Below are positions 30,247 to 40,173 of a stretch of 64,000 nucleotides of DNA, one piece after another. Under the pieces are notes generated by a model. That model had not been told where the DNA came from. It saw only the letters and a program-made list of their open reading frames with translations, and searched no databases. The position numbers and the translations under genes were made by a program. The DNA lies in NCBI GenBank assembly GCA_964384945.1, contig CAYLMK010000012.1, positions 67,498 through 131,497 of the forward strand, read 5' to 3'. Position 1 is the first letter of the stretch, and every line of letters starts with the position of its first letter. The stretch comes from an uncultured Thermodesulfobacteriota bacterium. GTDB taxonomy: Bacteria > Desulfobacterota > DSWW01.

Positions 30247-30489
30247 GGATCCCGACGGGCATCTCCGGAGGGGCCGGCGGGTGGGGGTCTGCAGCCGGGT
30301 GGCGGGGGAATTGACAAATTCCGCAGGAAGTTGGAAGCTATCGCCCGTAGCGGAATCCATTTTCGATGAATGCCCCGGGTATGAAGCATTGCGTGTTGAC
30401 CGCCCTGAATCGATGCTGATTGGGCGGTTTTTTTGTCCGGAAGTCGGCGGTTGGTCAACCAGGGGTGAACAGCAAGGGAGTCTCAGAGC

Positions 30490-30699
30490 ATGAAGAAGGA
30501 AACGGGCGTCGTCAAGTGGTTCAACGAGCGAAAAGGGTTCGGCTTCATCGTGCGTGATTCAGGGGATGGCGATATTTTCGTACATTACTCGGCCATCACC
30601 GGAGACGGGTTCAAGACGCTCAACGAAGGCGACCGTGTGGAGTTCGTGGTCACGCAGGGAGACAAGGGGCCGGCTGCCGGGGAGGTGCGCAAGCTCTAG
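30490..30699 (+). CDS. Cold-shock protein (CspA family)
   Basis: [23 protein letters not shown]1/RNP2 motifs. 240-nt leader upstream. Confidence 0.95.
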   Translation: MKKETGVVKWFNERKGFGFIVRDSGDGDIFVHYSAITGDGFKTLNEGDRVEFVVTQGDKGPAAGEVRKL

Positions 30700-30774
30700 C
30701 TCCGCACCCTTTTCGATAGCCCTTCGAGCCTTTCGGTACCCTGGCCCGAGAGTGCGGTTTTTCCTGTCTGCGGC

Positions 30775-31458
30775 TCACCGGAACAGTCTGCCGAAGACAC
30801 CGACCAGCGTTTGGATCAGATCCTTCTCGGTGCCGGCGGGAAAAGGCCGGAGAAACCCTTCGCTCTCTTCTCCGGATCCGGCCTCGAGAGAGGCGCGCAG
30901 CCGCGCTTTTCTCTTTTCCTCCTCCTCGCGGCTCAGCCTGACCTGCTCATGAAGGAGCTGTCCGCCCGCCTTCTTCCAGTCCATGAGTCGCTTCAGTTCT
31001 CCGCTGTCCAGCCAGAACCCGTGGGTCTTGCACTGGTCCAGGATGACGCCGCTCCTGTGGCCGAAGCCGATCCGGTGCATCAGTTCCCTGCAGACCGGGC
31101 ACTTGCGGTAGACGATTCTTCTTTCCTTTTCACTCTCTTCTCGGACCAGGGCGTCGATCCGCAGCCGGTCGATGCGGAATACATTCGAGACGCTCTTGTC
31201 GATGAGGGCCTCCAGTTCTCCGGGATCGAAGAAGAGGCCCAGGCAGGCGGGGCACCGCTCGATGTAGAAGTTCCCTTCTACCTGCAGATCGAGGGTCTCC
31301 AGAGGGACGTCACAGTCGGGACAGACGCGGTTCGACTCGGGCCGGTTCACGGTGAACTCGTGGACCCCCCTCAGGTCGACGTCGTTGTGCGCACCGCAGT
31401 AATCGCAGGTTCCCCTGTGGGGACGAAGAGGGGCTCCACAGGTGCTGCAACTGGCCAT
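30775..31458 (-). CDS. Zinc-ribbon protein with three TFIIB-type ribbons (CPxC...CPxC..FDxGEL)
   Basis: 227 aa from MASCSTCGAPL with GGAAGGA RBS. Repeated CxxC pairs, including CPACLGLFFDPGELEAL and CPVCRELM..CKTHGFWLDSGEL. The Arg-rich N-terminal extension of ORF 30775..32319 is rejected. Confidence 0.7.
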   Translation of the reverse strand: MASCSTCGAPLRPHRGTCDYCGAHNDVDLRGVHEFTVNRPESNRVCPDCDVPLETLDLQVEGNFYIERCPACLGLFFDPGELEALIDKSVSNVFRIDRLRIDALVREESEKERRIVYRKCPVCRELMHRIGFGHRSGVILDQCKTHGFWLDSGELKRLMDWKKAGGQLLHEQVRLSREEEEKRKARLRASLEAGSGEESEGFLRPFPAGTEKDLIQTLVGVFGRLFR

Positions 31459-31487
31459 GGGAGGATCCTTCCGGAAAGGCGACGTTT

Positions 31488-32513
31488 CTACATCCTGCCG
31501 AGAATCTCTTTCTTCTTCGCCGTGTACTCCTCTTGCGTGATCAGCCCGGCTTCGAACATCTCCTTGAGCTGCCGCATGGTCGACAGGGGGTCCGTTGCCG
31601 GCTCCATTCGCCCGCCGGGCGGCTGAGGGGCCGCAGGGCCTGCCATGGCCCCGGACATCATCTGTCCGAACCCCATGCCGGCGCCCACGCCCATGCCGAT
31701 CCCGGCAGCGCCTCCTTCGTTTCGAGCCGCCTCCCGCATCGCCTCGAGTTGCTGCACCTGCGTATAGTTCAGGCCGGCGGCCCGCGCGGCGCCGGCTTCG
31801 GCCGTCACGTTCGCGATCCGGTTGATCCGGCTCACGGTATCCTCGTCGAAGGCGGTGCCCTCGATGCGGAAGTCGGTGATTTCGAAGCCCAGCTTTCGGA
31901 AATCCGGAACCAGTCGCGCAACCATCTCGGCGGCGATTTCCTCCCTGTGGGCATCGATCTCGGCGTACGAGTACTTCGCCTCGGCGAGGTAGTCGGAGAG
32001 CGGCTGGATGAGGCGCGTGTTCATGACCGCGCGAAAGTCCTCGACGCGGTAGGATCTGCCGCCGCCCATAACATTGACGAAGAAGCCTTGCGGGTCCGTG
32101 ATCCGGAAACTGTAGTTGCCGTATGCACGAAGGCCCACAGGAAAGAGGTACTTTGGGTCGTCGTACTTGATGAGGCTCGTGGTTCCCCACTTCTGGTCGA
32201 GGATCTTGGTTCTCCGGAAGAAGTAGATGCCGACCTTGTGCTCGCTCTGAAAGAACTGCATGAACTTCTTGACCGTCGTCCAGAAAGGAACGTTGTCCGT
32301 CTGGAGGTTCACCAGACACTCACGGTCCAGAACGGACTTGACCCGGCCTTCATACACGAAGATGCATCCCTGTCCCGGGCCCACGATCAGCCTGGAGGCG
32401 TTCTTGATCTCGTCTCCGTTGTCGGACCACTGATGGAACAGGGTATTCGTGCCGGGTTCCTTCCATTCGATCACGGACCGCAGTTGCCGGCGAATGCTGG
32501 TGACGAGACTCAT
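31488..32513 (-). CDS. SPFH/band-7 domain protein with C-terminal SHOCT domain
   Basis: MSLVTSIRRQLRSVIEWKEPG N-terminus typical of this family. GGAGGAGG RBS. C-terminal MRQLKEMFEAGLITQEEYTAKKKEIL SHOCT. Lies 30 nt upstream of the zinc-ribbon gene. Confidence 0.75.
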   Translation of the reverse strand: MSLVTSIRRQLRSVIEWKEPGTNTLFHQWSDNGDEIKNASRLIVGPGQGCIFVYEGRVKSVLDRECLVNLQTDNVPFWTTVKKFMQFFQSEHKVGIYFFRRTKILDQKWGTTSLIKYDDPKYLFPVGLRAYGNYSFRITDPQGFFVNVMGGGRSYRVEDFRAVMNTRLIQPLSDYLAEAKYSYAEIDAHREEIAAEMVARLVPDFRKLGFEITDFRIEGTAFDEDTVSRINRIANVTAEAGAARAAGLNYTQVQQLEAMREAARNEGGAAGIGMGVGAGMGFGQMMSGAMAGPAAPQPPGGRMEPATDPLSTMRQLKEMFEAGLITQEEYTAKKKEILGRM

Positions 32514-32714
32514 GGCCTCCTCCGAAGCGCGCAGGGTTTTCCAATTCTTTTCGAACCCTTCCGCCGATTTCTTTAACAACCCGCGGTCCCGGGGGGCCTT
32601 GCGTTCCGACTCTTCTCTTCAGGTGCGAATGGGGGAAGATCCGGGGATTCTCGGGGCACAGCACGCGCTTTTGCTCTTCGAGGGCGAGGGCAAAGGGTAG
32701 AATTCCGGGCGCCT

Positions 32715-33281
32715 TTACAACCCCAGGTCGGCGCTGATGGACTGCATCGCTCCGAGGCTGATCGCAGCGAACGATTCCAACGGGATGGGGATCCGCTCGC
32801 ACTCGCGAATGATGTCCCGGTCCACGGAGGCGGCAAATGCCTTCTCCTTCATTCGTTTGAGGATGGATTTGGGCTTGACGCTTGCGAGCCTCTTGTCCGG
32901 GTAGACCAGGGCCGTGGCGATGATGAGACCGGTGATCGTCTCGCCGGCGGCCAGGGCATGGTGGAACCGACAGGAACGTTTCCCGTCTGCGGACTGCTCG
33001 TTGTGCAGCGCGATCGCCTCCACGATCTCCGGGTCGACCCCGTGCTCTCGCAGGATCCGGACGGTCTCCCTGCCGTGGATGCGCAGATCCGCGTTCGTCA
33101 TCTCCACGTCGAGGTCGTGGAGGAGTCCGGCCAGGGACCATTTCTCGCAGTCTTCGTCAAGGTGCTCGGCGAGCGCCCGCAGGACGGCCTCCGCGGCCAG
33201 GCAGTGCTTGATCATGTTCGGGTTCTTGACGTGCGCATGAAGGAGGGAAAGGGCCTTCTGGCGAGATATACCGGCGGTCAT
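32715..33281 (-). CDS. HD-domain metal-dependent phosphohydrolase
   Basis: H..HD..D motif (LAGLLHDLD). About 188 aa (alternative start 33311). Confidence 0.7.
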   Translation of the reverse strand: MTAGISRQKALSLLHAHVKNPNMIKHCLAAEAVLRALAEHLDEDCEKWSLAGLLHDLDVEMTNADLRIHGRETVRILREHGVDPEIVEAIALHNEQSADGKRSCRFHHALAAGETITGLIIATALVYPDKRLASVKPKSILKRMKEKAFAASVDRDIIRECERIPIPLESFAAISLGAMQSISADLGL

Positions 33282-33329
33282 CGCATCCTCCCCGTGCGGC
33301 GGCGCTGTCACGATGTGGGGGCCTGCGCT

Positions 33330-34334
33330 CTACCCGGAAAGCTCGGCGACGCCCAGGTAGACGTGATGACGGGTTGCCGATCGGATCGGCTCGATCCTGC
33401 ACTCCCGCTCCAGGTCCCAGGTTCCGCCCCAGACCTCCTGTCCGAAGGTCTCGATCCCTGCCGATGGGAACCAGGCCTCCAACAGTTCCCTGAACTCACC
33501 GTAATCCATTTCACTCAGATGAAACGGATTCTCCTCCTTTTCCCCACAGGCCCGGTTGGCGACGGAGACCACGAAGGTCCCCTGCGGGGCGAGCACCCTC
33601 CGGACCGCCTCCAGGAAGCACGGAACCGACGGGGGCGGCAGGTGTTCGAGCACCTCCAGGGCCACCACCCCGCCGAAAGCGTGGTCTGCGATCCCTTCCA
33701 GCCGGGTGGCATCCGCCACTGCGAAGCGCACACCGGGGGCGGCGAAAAGGGAATCGGCCAGGCGCACTGCCTCGGGGTCTTTGTCCACGCCGAGGCACTC
33801 GGTTCCTTCCATGCCCAGAATGCGGGTCCCGTATCCGGAACCGCATCCCGCATCGAGCACTCGCTTGCCCCGGCATCGCACGGCGGCAAAGCCGTAACGA
33901 CGGGCATGCATCCAATAGGCGTGGAACGGCGCCGTTCCGGGAATGACGCGCTCCCCGCAATAGGCCAGGGCCTCGTCCAAGAGAGGGGATTCGATCACCC
34001 TCGCCTGGAGGAGTCGGCGGATCACCTGTTGTTCGAGCGTATGCTTGACATGGCTCGGAACGGCCTGCAGATGCGGGGGGTAGCGAAATCGGTTCTGTCG
34101 GAATTCGATCCCCTGAAGGAAAAGCCTCTCCTGTCCCCCATGCAGGACCACCTCACAGATGTGATGGCCGAAATCATCGATGCTCCTCTCGATCTTCAGG
34201 TATGCGATCCGGACGCTTTCGTGGCGGGAGAAGAAGGCCGTGACGTTCTGCCCGCTATACGGGTAAAGGATCTCGCCCGAGTTCCTGACGGCGCCTCGTC
34301 CCGCAGGCTTCTTCCGGACAGGGCTCTTCTTCAT
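33330..34334 (-). CDS. Class I SAM-dependent methyltransferase with about 100-aa N-terminal extension
   Basis: VLDAGCGSGYGTRIL motif I. ATG overlaps the sirtuin stop (ATGA at 34331-34334). The in-frame extension to 34916 is rejected. Confidence 0.75.
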   Translation of the reverse strand: MKKSPVRKKPAGRGAVRNSGEILYPYSGQNVTAFFSRHESVRIAYLKIERSIDDFGHHICEVVLHGGQERLFLQGIEFRQNRFRYPPHLQAVPSHVKHTLEQQVIRRLLQARVIESPLLDEALAYCGERVIPGTAPFHAYWMHARRYGFAAVRCRGKRVLDAGCGSGYGTRILGMEGTECLGVDKDPEAVRLADSLFAAPGVRFAVADATRLEGIADHAFGGVVALEVLEHLPPPSVPCFLEAVRRVLAPQGTFVVSVANRACGEKEENPFHLSEMDYGEFRELLEAWFPSAGIETFGQEVWGGTWDLERECRIEPIRSATRHHVYLGVAELSG

Positions 34335-35116
34335 GTCGTCAGGGGGCCCGTGTGCGGGGAGTGCAGCATCTCCTCCACCTCCCGGACCAGGGCGGTCATC
34401 GTCTCGCCGGCCTCCCCCTGGAGGAAATAGTCGGTGATCCGGTCGGTGAAGAGGCTGCGGGTGCGGTTGACCTCGACGATGGCTGCGCCGAACTGCTTGG
34501 CCACAAGGGGGATCCGGTTGACCGGTGCGATGGCCCCGTGGGAACAGACCAGGAGCATGACCTGCGCGTTCGCGGCGAGCACCTCGGAAGCGGATACCGC
34601 CTCGAGATTCACGGGATCTCCGAACAGAGGCACCTCCGGTTTGAGAACAGATCCGCACCGGCAAAGGGGAGGGATCCCGCCTGCCTTGACCTGCTCCCAC
34701 CGGTATCGGGCCCTGCATTTGAGACAGTGCAGGTTTCGTATGTTGCCGTGAAACTCGATCACGTTCCCCGAGCCGGCCGCCTGATGCAGGCCGTCCACAT
34801 TCTGGGTGATGATCGCCGCCATGCGGCCGAGCTCCCCGAGCCTGGCCAGGGCCCGGTGCCCCCTGTTGGGCTCCACCGTTTCCATCAGCGCCAGGGCCTG
34901 GGAGAAGAAGCGCCACACCTTTCCCGGGTTTTGCTCGAATGCCTCCCGGTTGTCGATCTCCACCTCAAAGGTGGCGGGGTCGAATCCCTCCCAGAACTCA
35001 CCGAAGGTTCGGAAGTCGGGTATCCCGCTCTCGGTGGAAATGCCCGCTCCAGTGTAGCCGATCACCACCCGTGATTCGACGATCACCTTCGCGGCCTGCT
35101 GAAGGAGGTTCGCCAT
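34331..35116 (-). CDS. cobB: NAD-dependent protein deacylase, Sir2/CobB family (with Zn-ribbon module)
   Basis: GAGISTESGIPDFR, QNVDGLH, and Zn-binding CLKC...CRCG. Confidence 0.85.
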   Translation of the reverse strand: MANLLQQAAKVIVESRVVIGYTGAGISTESGIPDFRTFGEFWEGFDPATFEVEIDNREAFEQNPGKVWRFFSQALALMETVEPNRGHRALARLGELGRMAAIITQNVDGLHQAAGSGNVIEFHGNIRNLHCLKCRARYRWEQVKAGGIPPLCRCGSVLKPEVPLFGDPVNLEAVSASEVLAANAQVMLLVCSHGAIAPVNRIPLVAKQFGAAIVEVNRTRSLFTDRITDYFLQGEAGETMTALVREVEEMLHSPHTGPLTT

Positions 35117-35433
35117 CTCAGTTCTTCCCCGATGGTGCCTCCGAAGAGCTTATCAGGTTTTTCCCCTGTTTGCACCGACGCCGGAGGGGAAAACCCCGGG
35201 CCGGTCGGCCTCTTGGCATGGGTCCTGATTGCCTCCGTTATGCAAATCCAACATAATACGGGATGGCACGGTCGCTTCGCGCCGTGCCATCCGCCGCGGC
35301 TGGAGCAGCCGCCTGAGGCCTGCGCAGAGCGCCGTCCATCAGGCGGTCTGATCCGAAGGTCGCACCGGCGAGCAAGCTCCCCGCTTCGCCCGCGGCTCCG
35401 CCGCGGCGGGGGGCCGGAAGGAGCGCGGGAATC

Positions 35434-36774
35434 ATGAACAAGGGGCGAAATGACGACGTTCCCAGGCTCGTGCGTTTTTTCACGACGGACATCTGGCGTA
35501 TCCCGGCGCGGGAGCTGCCGAGAAGGAAATCCTTTTTCCTCCGCCAGCTCAGGGTCCTGGTTCTTGCCGTTCGGAGCTTCAACGACGACCGGTGTCATCT
35601 TCGCGCATCCGCGTTGACCTACTACTCCCTGCTCTCGGTGGTTCCTCTTCTGGCCATGGCATTCGGGGTGTCCAAGGGATTCGGCCTGCAAGAGCGCCTC
35701 GAGCGGCAGATTCTCGAGGCCCTGCCGAACCAGAGGGAGGTGGCTCTCCGGATCATCGATTATGCCCATGCCTTCCTGGAGAATACGCAGGGAGGGATCA
35801 TCGCCGGCGTGGGCGTCGCCGTCCTGATCTGGGTCGTGATCCGGCTCATGGGGAACATCGAGAAGTCCCTGAACGACATTTGGGGCATCCGGAAGGGGCG
35901 CTCCCTGCGCAGGAAGTTCGCAGACTATCTCTCCCTGATGATCATCGCTCCGCTGCTGTTCGTCGTGGCGAGCAGCGTGGCGGTCCTGATCACGAGCCAG
36001 GCCGCGCTCCTCGCAGGCAGGGTGCCGTTTCTGGCAACCGCCGGTCCGATTGCGTCCGGCCTGCTCAAGCTGCTCCCCTTCGCCGCGGCCTGGGCCCTGT
36101 TCACCCTTCTCTACGTGTTCATGCCCAACACGAACGTGAAGCTCGAATCAGGGCTGCTGGGCGGGGTCCTGGCCGGTACGCTCTATCAGGTCGTGCAGTG
36201 GGTGTACATCAAGTTTCAGGTGGGGGCGAGCGCCTACGGCGTGGTCTACGGCAGCTTCGCCGCCCTTCCGCTCTTTCTGGTCTGGCTGCACACGAGCTGG
36301 TTGGTGGTTCTGTTCGGGGCGGAGATCTCGTTTGCTGTGCAGAACGAACACACCTATGAATTCGAGCCGGATTGCGAGCGGGTGAGCGACCGAATGAAGA
36401 GGGTCGTCGCCCTTCGCCTCGTACAGATCTGTGCGGAGGACTTCCAGGCAGGCAAGGACCCGCGGAACGAGCAGGAATTCGCTGCGGCGCTCGGGATCCC
36501 CATGCGGCTCATCCGTGAAGTACTCTCGGAACTCGTGGAGGCCCGCGTGCTGTCGGAGGTGGGCACGGACGGGCAGGGGGCCCCTGCCTATCAGCCGGCA
36601 ATGGCCGCCGGGTCGCTCACGGTCGGCGAGGTGGTCACCCGGCTTGACCGGCGGGGCGTGGACGAGGTTCCCTGCGGCAACGCCCCGGAGTGGTCAAGGC
36701 TTGCGCAGCAGGTGGATCTCTTCGAGCCGAAGATTCGGGACGCCTCCATCCTGGCAGCCCTGAAGGATCGTTGA
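35434..36774 (+). CDS. YihY/BrkB family inner-membrane protein with C-terminal extension
   Basis: SALTYYSLLSVVPLLAMAF. Multiple TM helices. About 150-aa hydrophilic C-terminal domain. Confidence 0.8.
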   Translation: MNKGRNDDVPRLVRFFTTDIWRIPARELPRRKSFFLRQLRVLVLAVRSFNDDRCHLRASALTYYSLLSVVPLLAMAFGVSKGFGLQERLERQILEALPNQREVALRIIDYAHAFLENTQGGIIAGVGVAVLIWVVIRLMGNIEKSLNDIWGIRKGRSLRRKFADYLSLMIIAPLLFVVASSVAVLITSQAALLAGRVPFLATAGPIASGLLKLLPFAAAWALFTLLYVFMPNTNVKLESGLLGGVLAGTLYQVVQWVYIKFQVGASAYGVVYGSFAALPLFLVWLHTSWLVVLFGAEISFAVQNEHTYEFEPDCERVSDRMKRVVALRLVQICAEDFQAGKDPRNEQEFAAALGIPMRLIREVLSELVEARVLSEVGTDGQGAPAYQPAMAAGSLTVGEVVTRLDRRGVDEVPCGNAPEWSRLAQQVDLFEPKIRDASILAALKDR

Positions 36775-36847
36775 CAAAGCCGAAATCGGGGGGCCGAGCC
36801 TTCCTCATCACAAGATCACAAAGGCCTCCCGTTGCAAAGGAGCGAGA

Positions 36848-38011
36848 ATGGATCGGGTTTCTCTCGTGAAATGTCCGGAGTACCGGGCCGAACTGCTGCA
36901 AGAGGCGGTCGGGCAGAGTCTGACCAACATCGGGTTTCCGCCGGAGGGATTCCAAGGCAAGCTCGTTGCCTTGAAGCCCAACTGCCTTGCCTCCTCGGCC
37001 GCGGACAGGGCGGTCATCACGCACCCGGCCTTCTTCCGGGCGGTCGCCAGGATTGTCCGGGATCACGGCGGGCGGGCGGTACTCGTCGAGTCTCCCGCCA
37101 TGGAGCCCTTGCAAAGGGTCCTCAGGAAGGGCGGATACGGGCCGGTCCTGGAGGAACTGGGCGTGACGGTTCCCTCCGAGGGCGGCAAGGGGGTGGTCCT
37201 GAATCCGAAAGAGCGAAGGTTCAGGAGGTTCGAGGTGCTGGGACCGGTCCTCGACGCGGACATCCTGATCAACCTGCCCAAACTCAAGACCCATGGGCTC
37301 ACGGGCATCACATGTGCGGTGAAGAACCTGTTCGGCCTGATTCCGGGTCTCGAGAAATCCCGGTGGCACCTGAAGGCGCCCGGCGCGGAGGCCTTTGCCG
37401 AACTTCTGCTGGATCTGAACGAGGCCTTGCTGTGCGGTTCCGGCGGACCGGCGCGGATCCTGCACCTGGTGGATGCGGTGGTGGGTCTGGAGGGGAACGG
37501 TCCGGGGCCCTCCGGGGCTGCGAGGCGGATCGGGGCCGTGCTGGCCGGCACCGGTGCGGTTGCGACGGACCTGGTCGCCGCCGACCTCCTCGGATTCGAT
37601 TATCGTTCCATCCCGAGCGTGAAGGCCGGGCTGGAAAGGGGCCTGGACGTCTCTTCGCCCGATAAAATCAACCGCGTCGGCGAGGAGATCGGCGGGATGC
37701 GGGTCGACTCCTTTGCGCCGGCGCGGCACAGCGTGCGCACGGCGACCCTCGACCGGTGGCCCTTCAACCGAAAAGGCTTCCGGAACCTCTTTACGCGCAA
37801 GCCGGTGCCCCGGCGGGATCGCTGCACCCTGTGCTACCAGTGCAGGGCGATCTGTCCGGCCGGAGCGATCGGAAAGGCGGAGGGAGGCCGGAAGGTCCCC
37901 TCCTACGACTACGAAACGTGCATCCGATGCTATTGCTGTGCGGAGATCTGTCCTGAGGCGGCCATCGAACTGAAAGCAGGGGCCCTGGAATGGCTGATGC
38001 CCGGATCGTGA
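36848..38011 (+). CDS. DUF362-domain protein fused to 2x[4Fe-4S] ferredoxin domain
   Basis: C-terminal CTLCYQCRAICP and CIRCYCCAEICP motifs. DUF362-like N-terminal body. Immediately upstream of the aldehyde:ferredoxin oxidoreductase gene. Confidence 0.7.
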   Translation: MDRVSLVKCPEYRAELLQEAVGQSLTNIGFPPEGFQGKLVALKPNCLASSAADRAVITHPAFFRAVARIVRDHGGRAVLVESPAMEPLQRVLRKGGYGPVLEELGVTVPSEGGKGVVLNPKERRFRRFEVLGPVLDADILINLPKLKTHGLTGITCAVKNLFGLIPGLEKSRWHLKAPGAEAFAELLLDLNEALLCGSGGPARILHLVDAVVGLEGNGPGPSGAARRIGAVLAGTGAVATDLVAADLLGFDYRSIPSVKAGLERGLDVSSPDKINRVGEEIGGMRVDSFAPARHSVRTATLDRWPFNRKGFRNLFTRKPVPRRDRCTLCYQCRAICPAGAIGKAEGGRKVPSYDYETCIRCYCCAEICPEAAIELKAGALEWLMPGS

Positions 38012-38114
38012 GAGGGGGCCGTGCACACGGATGCGTTGCCGTGGTATGATCCGATTACGGGCCTGCGTGAGAACAGGCGTTCGGAAACCGCGGGTAAGGA
38101 AAGGGGGAAGGAAA

Positions 38115-40115
38115 ATGGGTGCCGGCTACACGGGCAAAGTGCTGGTGGTGGACCTCACGCGGCGTGAGGCGGAGACGATGGATCTCGGGGACGACGTGTA
38201 CAGGAACTACCTGGGCGGCTACGGGCTGGGTGCCCGAATCCTCTTCGACCTCATCCCGAAGGGGGCGGACCCCCTGGGGCCGTATAACGTGCTGGGCCTG
38301 ACCCCCGGCCTGCTGACCGGTACTCCGGCCCTGTTCAGCGGAAGATACATGGCGGTCGGCAAGTCCCCTCTGACCGGAGGGTGGGGCGACGCAAACGGCG
38401 GAGGCACCTTCGGCCCTGCCATCAAGCGGGCAGGATGGGACGGCCTCTTCTTCAAGGGGCAGGCGGACGGTCCGGTCTATGTCTGGATCCGGGACGGGAA
38501 GGTCGAAATCCGGGACGCGCGAGCCCTCTGGGGAAAGTCGGTCAAAGAGACGGAGGCGGCCCTGGCGGAGGAAATCCAGGAGAAGAATATCCACGCAGCA
38601 TGCATCGGGCCCTCGGGCGAGAAGCTCTCGCTGATCTCCGGGATCTTCAACGACGGCGGCCGATGTGCCGCCCGTTCCGGACTCGGTGCTGTGATGGGTT
38701 CCAAGAGGCTCAAGGCCGTGGTCGTCAAGGGGAGCAAAAAGGTGGAGGTCCGGGATCCGGAAGCCCTGAAGGCGGCCAACCGGGAGTTTCTGGCCCTTCT
38801 GAATACCAGTCCCCAGGCCAGAATGTTCGGCAAGCTCCCGGGCCTGGGAGGCGTGGCGCGCTTTCTCGGGCGCTTCTTCGGCAAGGCGCGGTTCCACACC
38901 AAGACGATGCCGCCCTTGCTGAAGAGCCTGCTCGAACAGTATGGGACGCCCGGATTTCTGGGTTTCTACTGTGCCACGGGAGAGGCCCCGATCCGCAACT
39001 GGGGCGGAGTCTCCGGCGAGTGTTTCCCGCCGGAAAAGGCGGCCCGGATTTCGGACGACGCCGTGGTCGGCCTCGAGGTCAAGAAATACCACTGTGCGAA
39101 CTGCCCGGTCGGTTGCGGGGGGATCATCAAGGTCGAGGAGGGGCCCTGGCCCCTGGAGGAATCCCACAAGCCGGAATACGAGACCCTCGCGGCCTTCGGC
39201 AGCATGTGCCTGGTGGATGATCTTCGGGCCATCTGTCAGGCCAATCATTTGTGCAACATGGCGGGGATGGACACGATCTCCGCAGGGTCGGCGATCGCCT
39301 TTGCGATGGAATGCTACGAGCACGGAATCCTCACGCGGGAGGACACCGACGGGATCGATCTGGTGTGGGGCGACGCCGGTGCGATGCTGGCGCTTCTCGA
39401 GAAGATGATTGCCAGGGAGGGCCTCGGCGACCTGCTGGCGGACGGCGTCAGGCGGGCCGCCGAGAGGATCGGGAAGGGGTCGGCCGGGTACGCCATGCAT
39501 TCCGGCGGGCAGGAGGTGGGCTACCACGACCCTCGAATCGATCCCGGCTTTGCAACCGCCTACCAGTGCGAGCCTACGCCGGGCCGCCATACGATTGCCG
39601 CGTATTCGTACCAGGAGTTGCTGGATCTCCACAAGATTTTCCCCGGGGAGCGGGTCAAGGCCGTGCCGCAGGTCATCCACAAGGGATGGAGTCACAAGCC
39701 TCAAGGCAAGGCCAGGTTGCAGGCCTTGAACAGCAAGTACATCCAGCTCGTGAACAGCGCCGGGCTGTGCGAGTTCGGTTCCCTGATGGGCGGGCCGAAA
39801 TTTCCGATCTTCCGATGGATCAACGCGGCCACGGGCTGGAACCTTCCGAACGAGAGCTACCTCGTGATCGGCGAGCGTATCGAGACCCTGCGCCAGGCCT
39901 TCAACGCCCGCGAGGGAGTGGGGCCGTTCCGGATGTCGGACAGGCTCAAAGGCGAACCGCCTCTGGCCTCCGGACCCCTGAGGGGGATTACCCTGAACAT
40001 GGAGGATCTTGCCAGGGAATTCTATGAAGAATTCCAATGGGACCCGAAGACCGCCGTGCCGCGGAAAGAGGCCCTGGAGAGGCTCGGGCTCTCGGACGTT
40101 GCGAAGGCCCTGTAG
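38115..40115 (+). CDS. Aldehyde:ferredoxin oxidoreductase (tungsten-type AOR family)
   Basis: Strong RBS. MGAGYTGKVLVVDLT N-terminus. AOR_N and AFOR_C domains. The longer ORF from 38031 is rejected. Confidence 0.85.
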   Translation: MGAGYTGKVLVVDLTRREAETMDLGDDVYRNYLGGYGLGARILFDLIPKGADPLGPYNVLGLTPGLLTGTPALFSGRYMAVGKSPLTGGWGDANGGGTFGPAIKRAGWDGLFFKGQADGPVYVWIRDGKVEIRDARALWGKSVKETEAALAEEIQEKNIHAACIGPSGEKLSLISGIFNDGGRCAARSGLGAVMGSKRLKAVVVKGSKKVEVRDPEALKAANREFLALLNTSPQARMFGKLPGLGGVARFLGRFFGKARFHTKTMPPLLKSLLEQYGTPGFLGFYCATGEAPIRNWGGVSGECFPPEKAARISDDAVVGLEVKKYHCANCPVGCGGIIKVEEGPWPLEESHKPEYETLAAFGSMCLVDDLRAICQANHLCNMAGMDTISAGSAIAFAMECYEHGILTREDTDGIDLVWGDAGAMLALLEKMIAREGLGDLLADGVRRAAERIGKGSAGYAMHSGGQEVGYHDPRIDPGFATAYQCEPTPGRHTIAAYSYQELLDLHKIFPGERVKAVPQVIHKGWSHKPQGKARLQALNSKYIQLVNSAGLCEFGSLMGGPKFPIFRWINAATGWNLPNESYLVIGERIETLRQAFNAREGVGPFRMSDRLKGEPPLASGPLRGITLNMEDLAREFYEEFQWDPKTAVPRKEALERLGLSDVAKAL

Positions 40116-40173
40116 TCCGTAGCCCATGGCCCGGCCGCCGGCCGCGCCGGGCCGCATCGCCTGGCGTAGCAGG

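Noticed and set aside
30700-30775. Possible bidirectional terminator between cspA and the zinc-ribbon gene
   Set aside because: Only a weak, long-looped ccgcac/gtgcgg pairing followed by TTTTT. Not convincing enough to call.
30775-32319. 514-aa ORF merging the zinc-ribbon gene with an upstream extension
   Set aside because: The N-terminal 285 residues are Arg/Gly-rich antisense-like sequence overlapping the SPFH gene. The real protein starts at MASCSTCG (31458) with its own RBS.
33330-34916. 528-aa ORF spanning methyltransferase plus sirtuin region
   Set aside because: The upstream portion is an out-of-frame read through the sirtuin gene. The methyltransferase starts at the ATG overlapping the sirtuin stop (34334).
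34331-35116. Sir2 protein as a possible anti-phage defence SIR2 (Thoeris/DSR-like)
   Set aside because: Short (261 aa) canonical CobB with intact NAD-binding motifs and Zn ribbon. No TIR, SLOG, HerA or other defence partner. Treated as a housekeeping deacylase.
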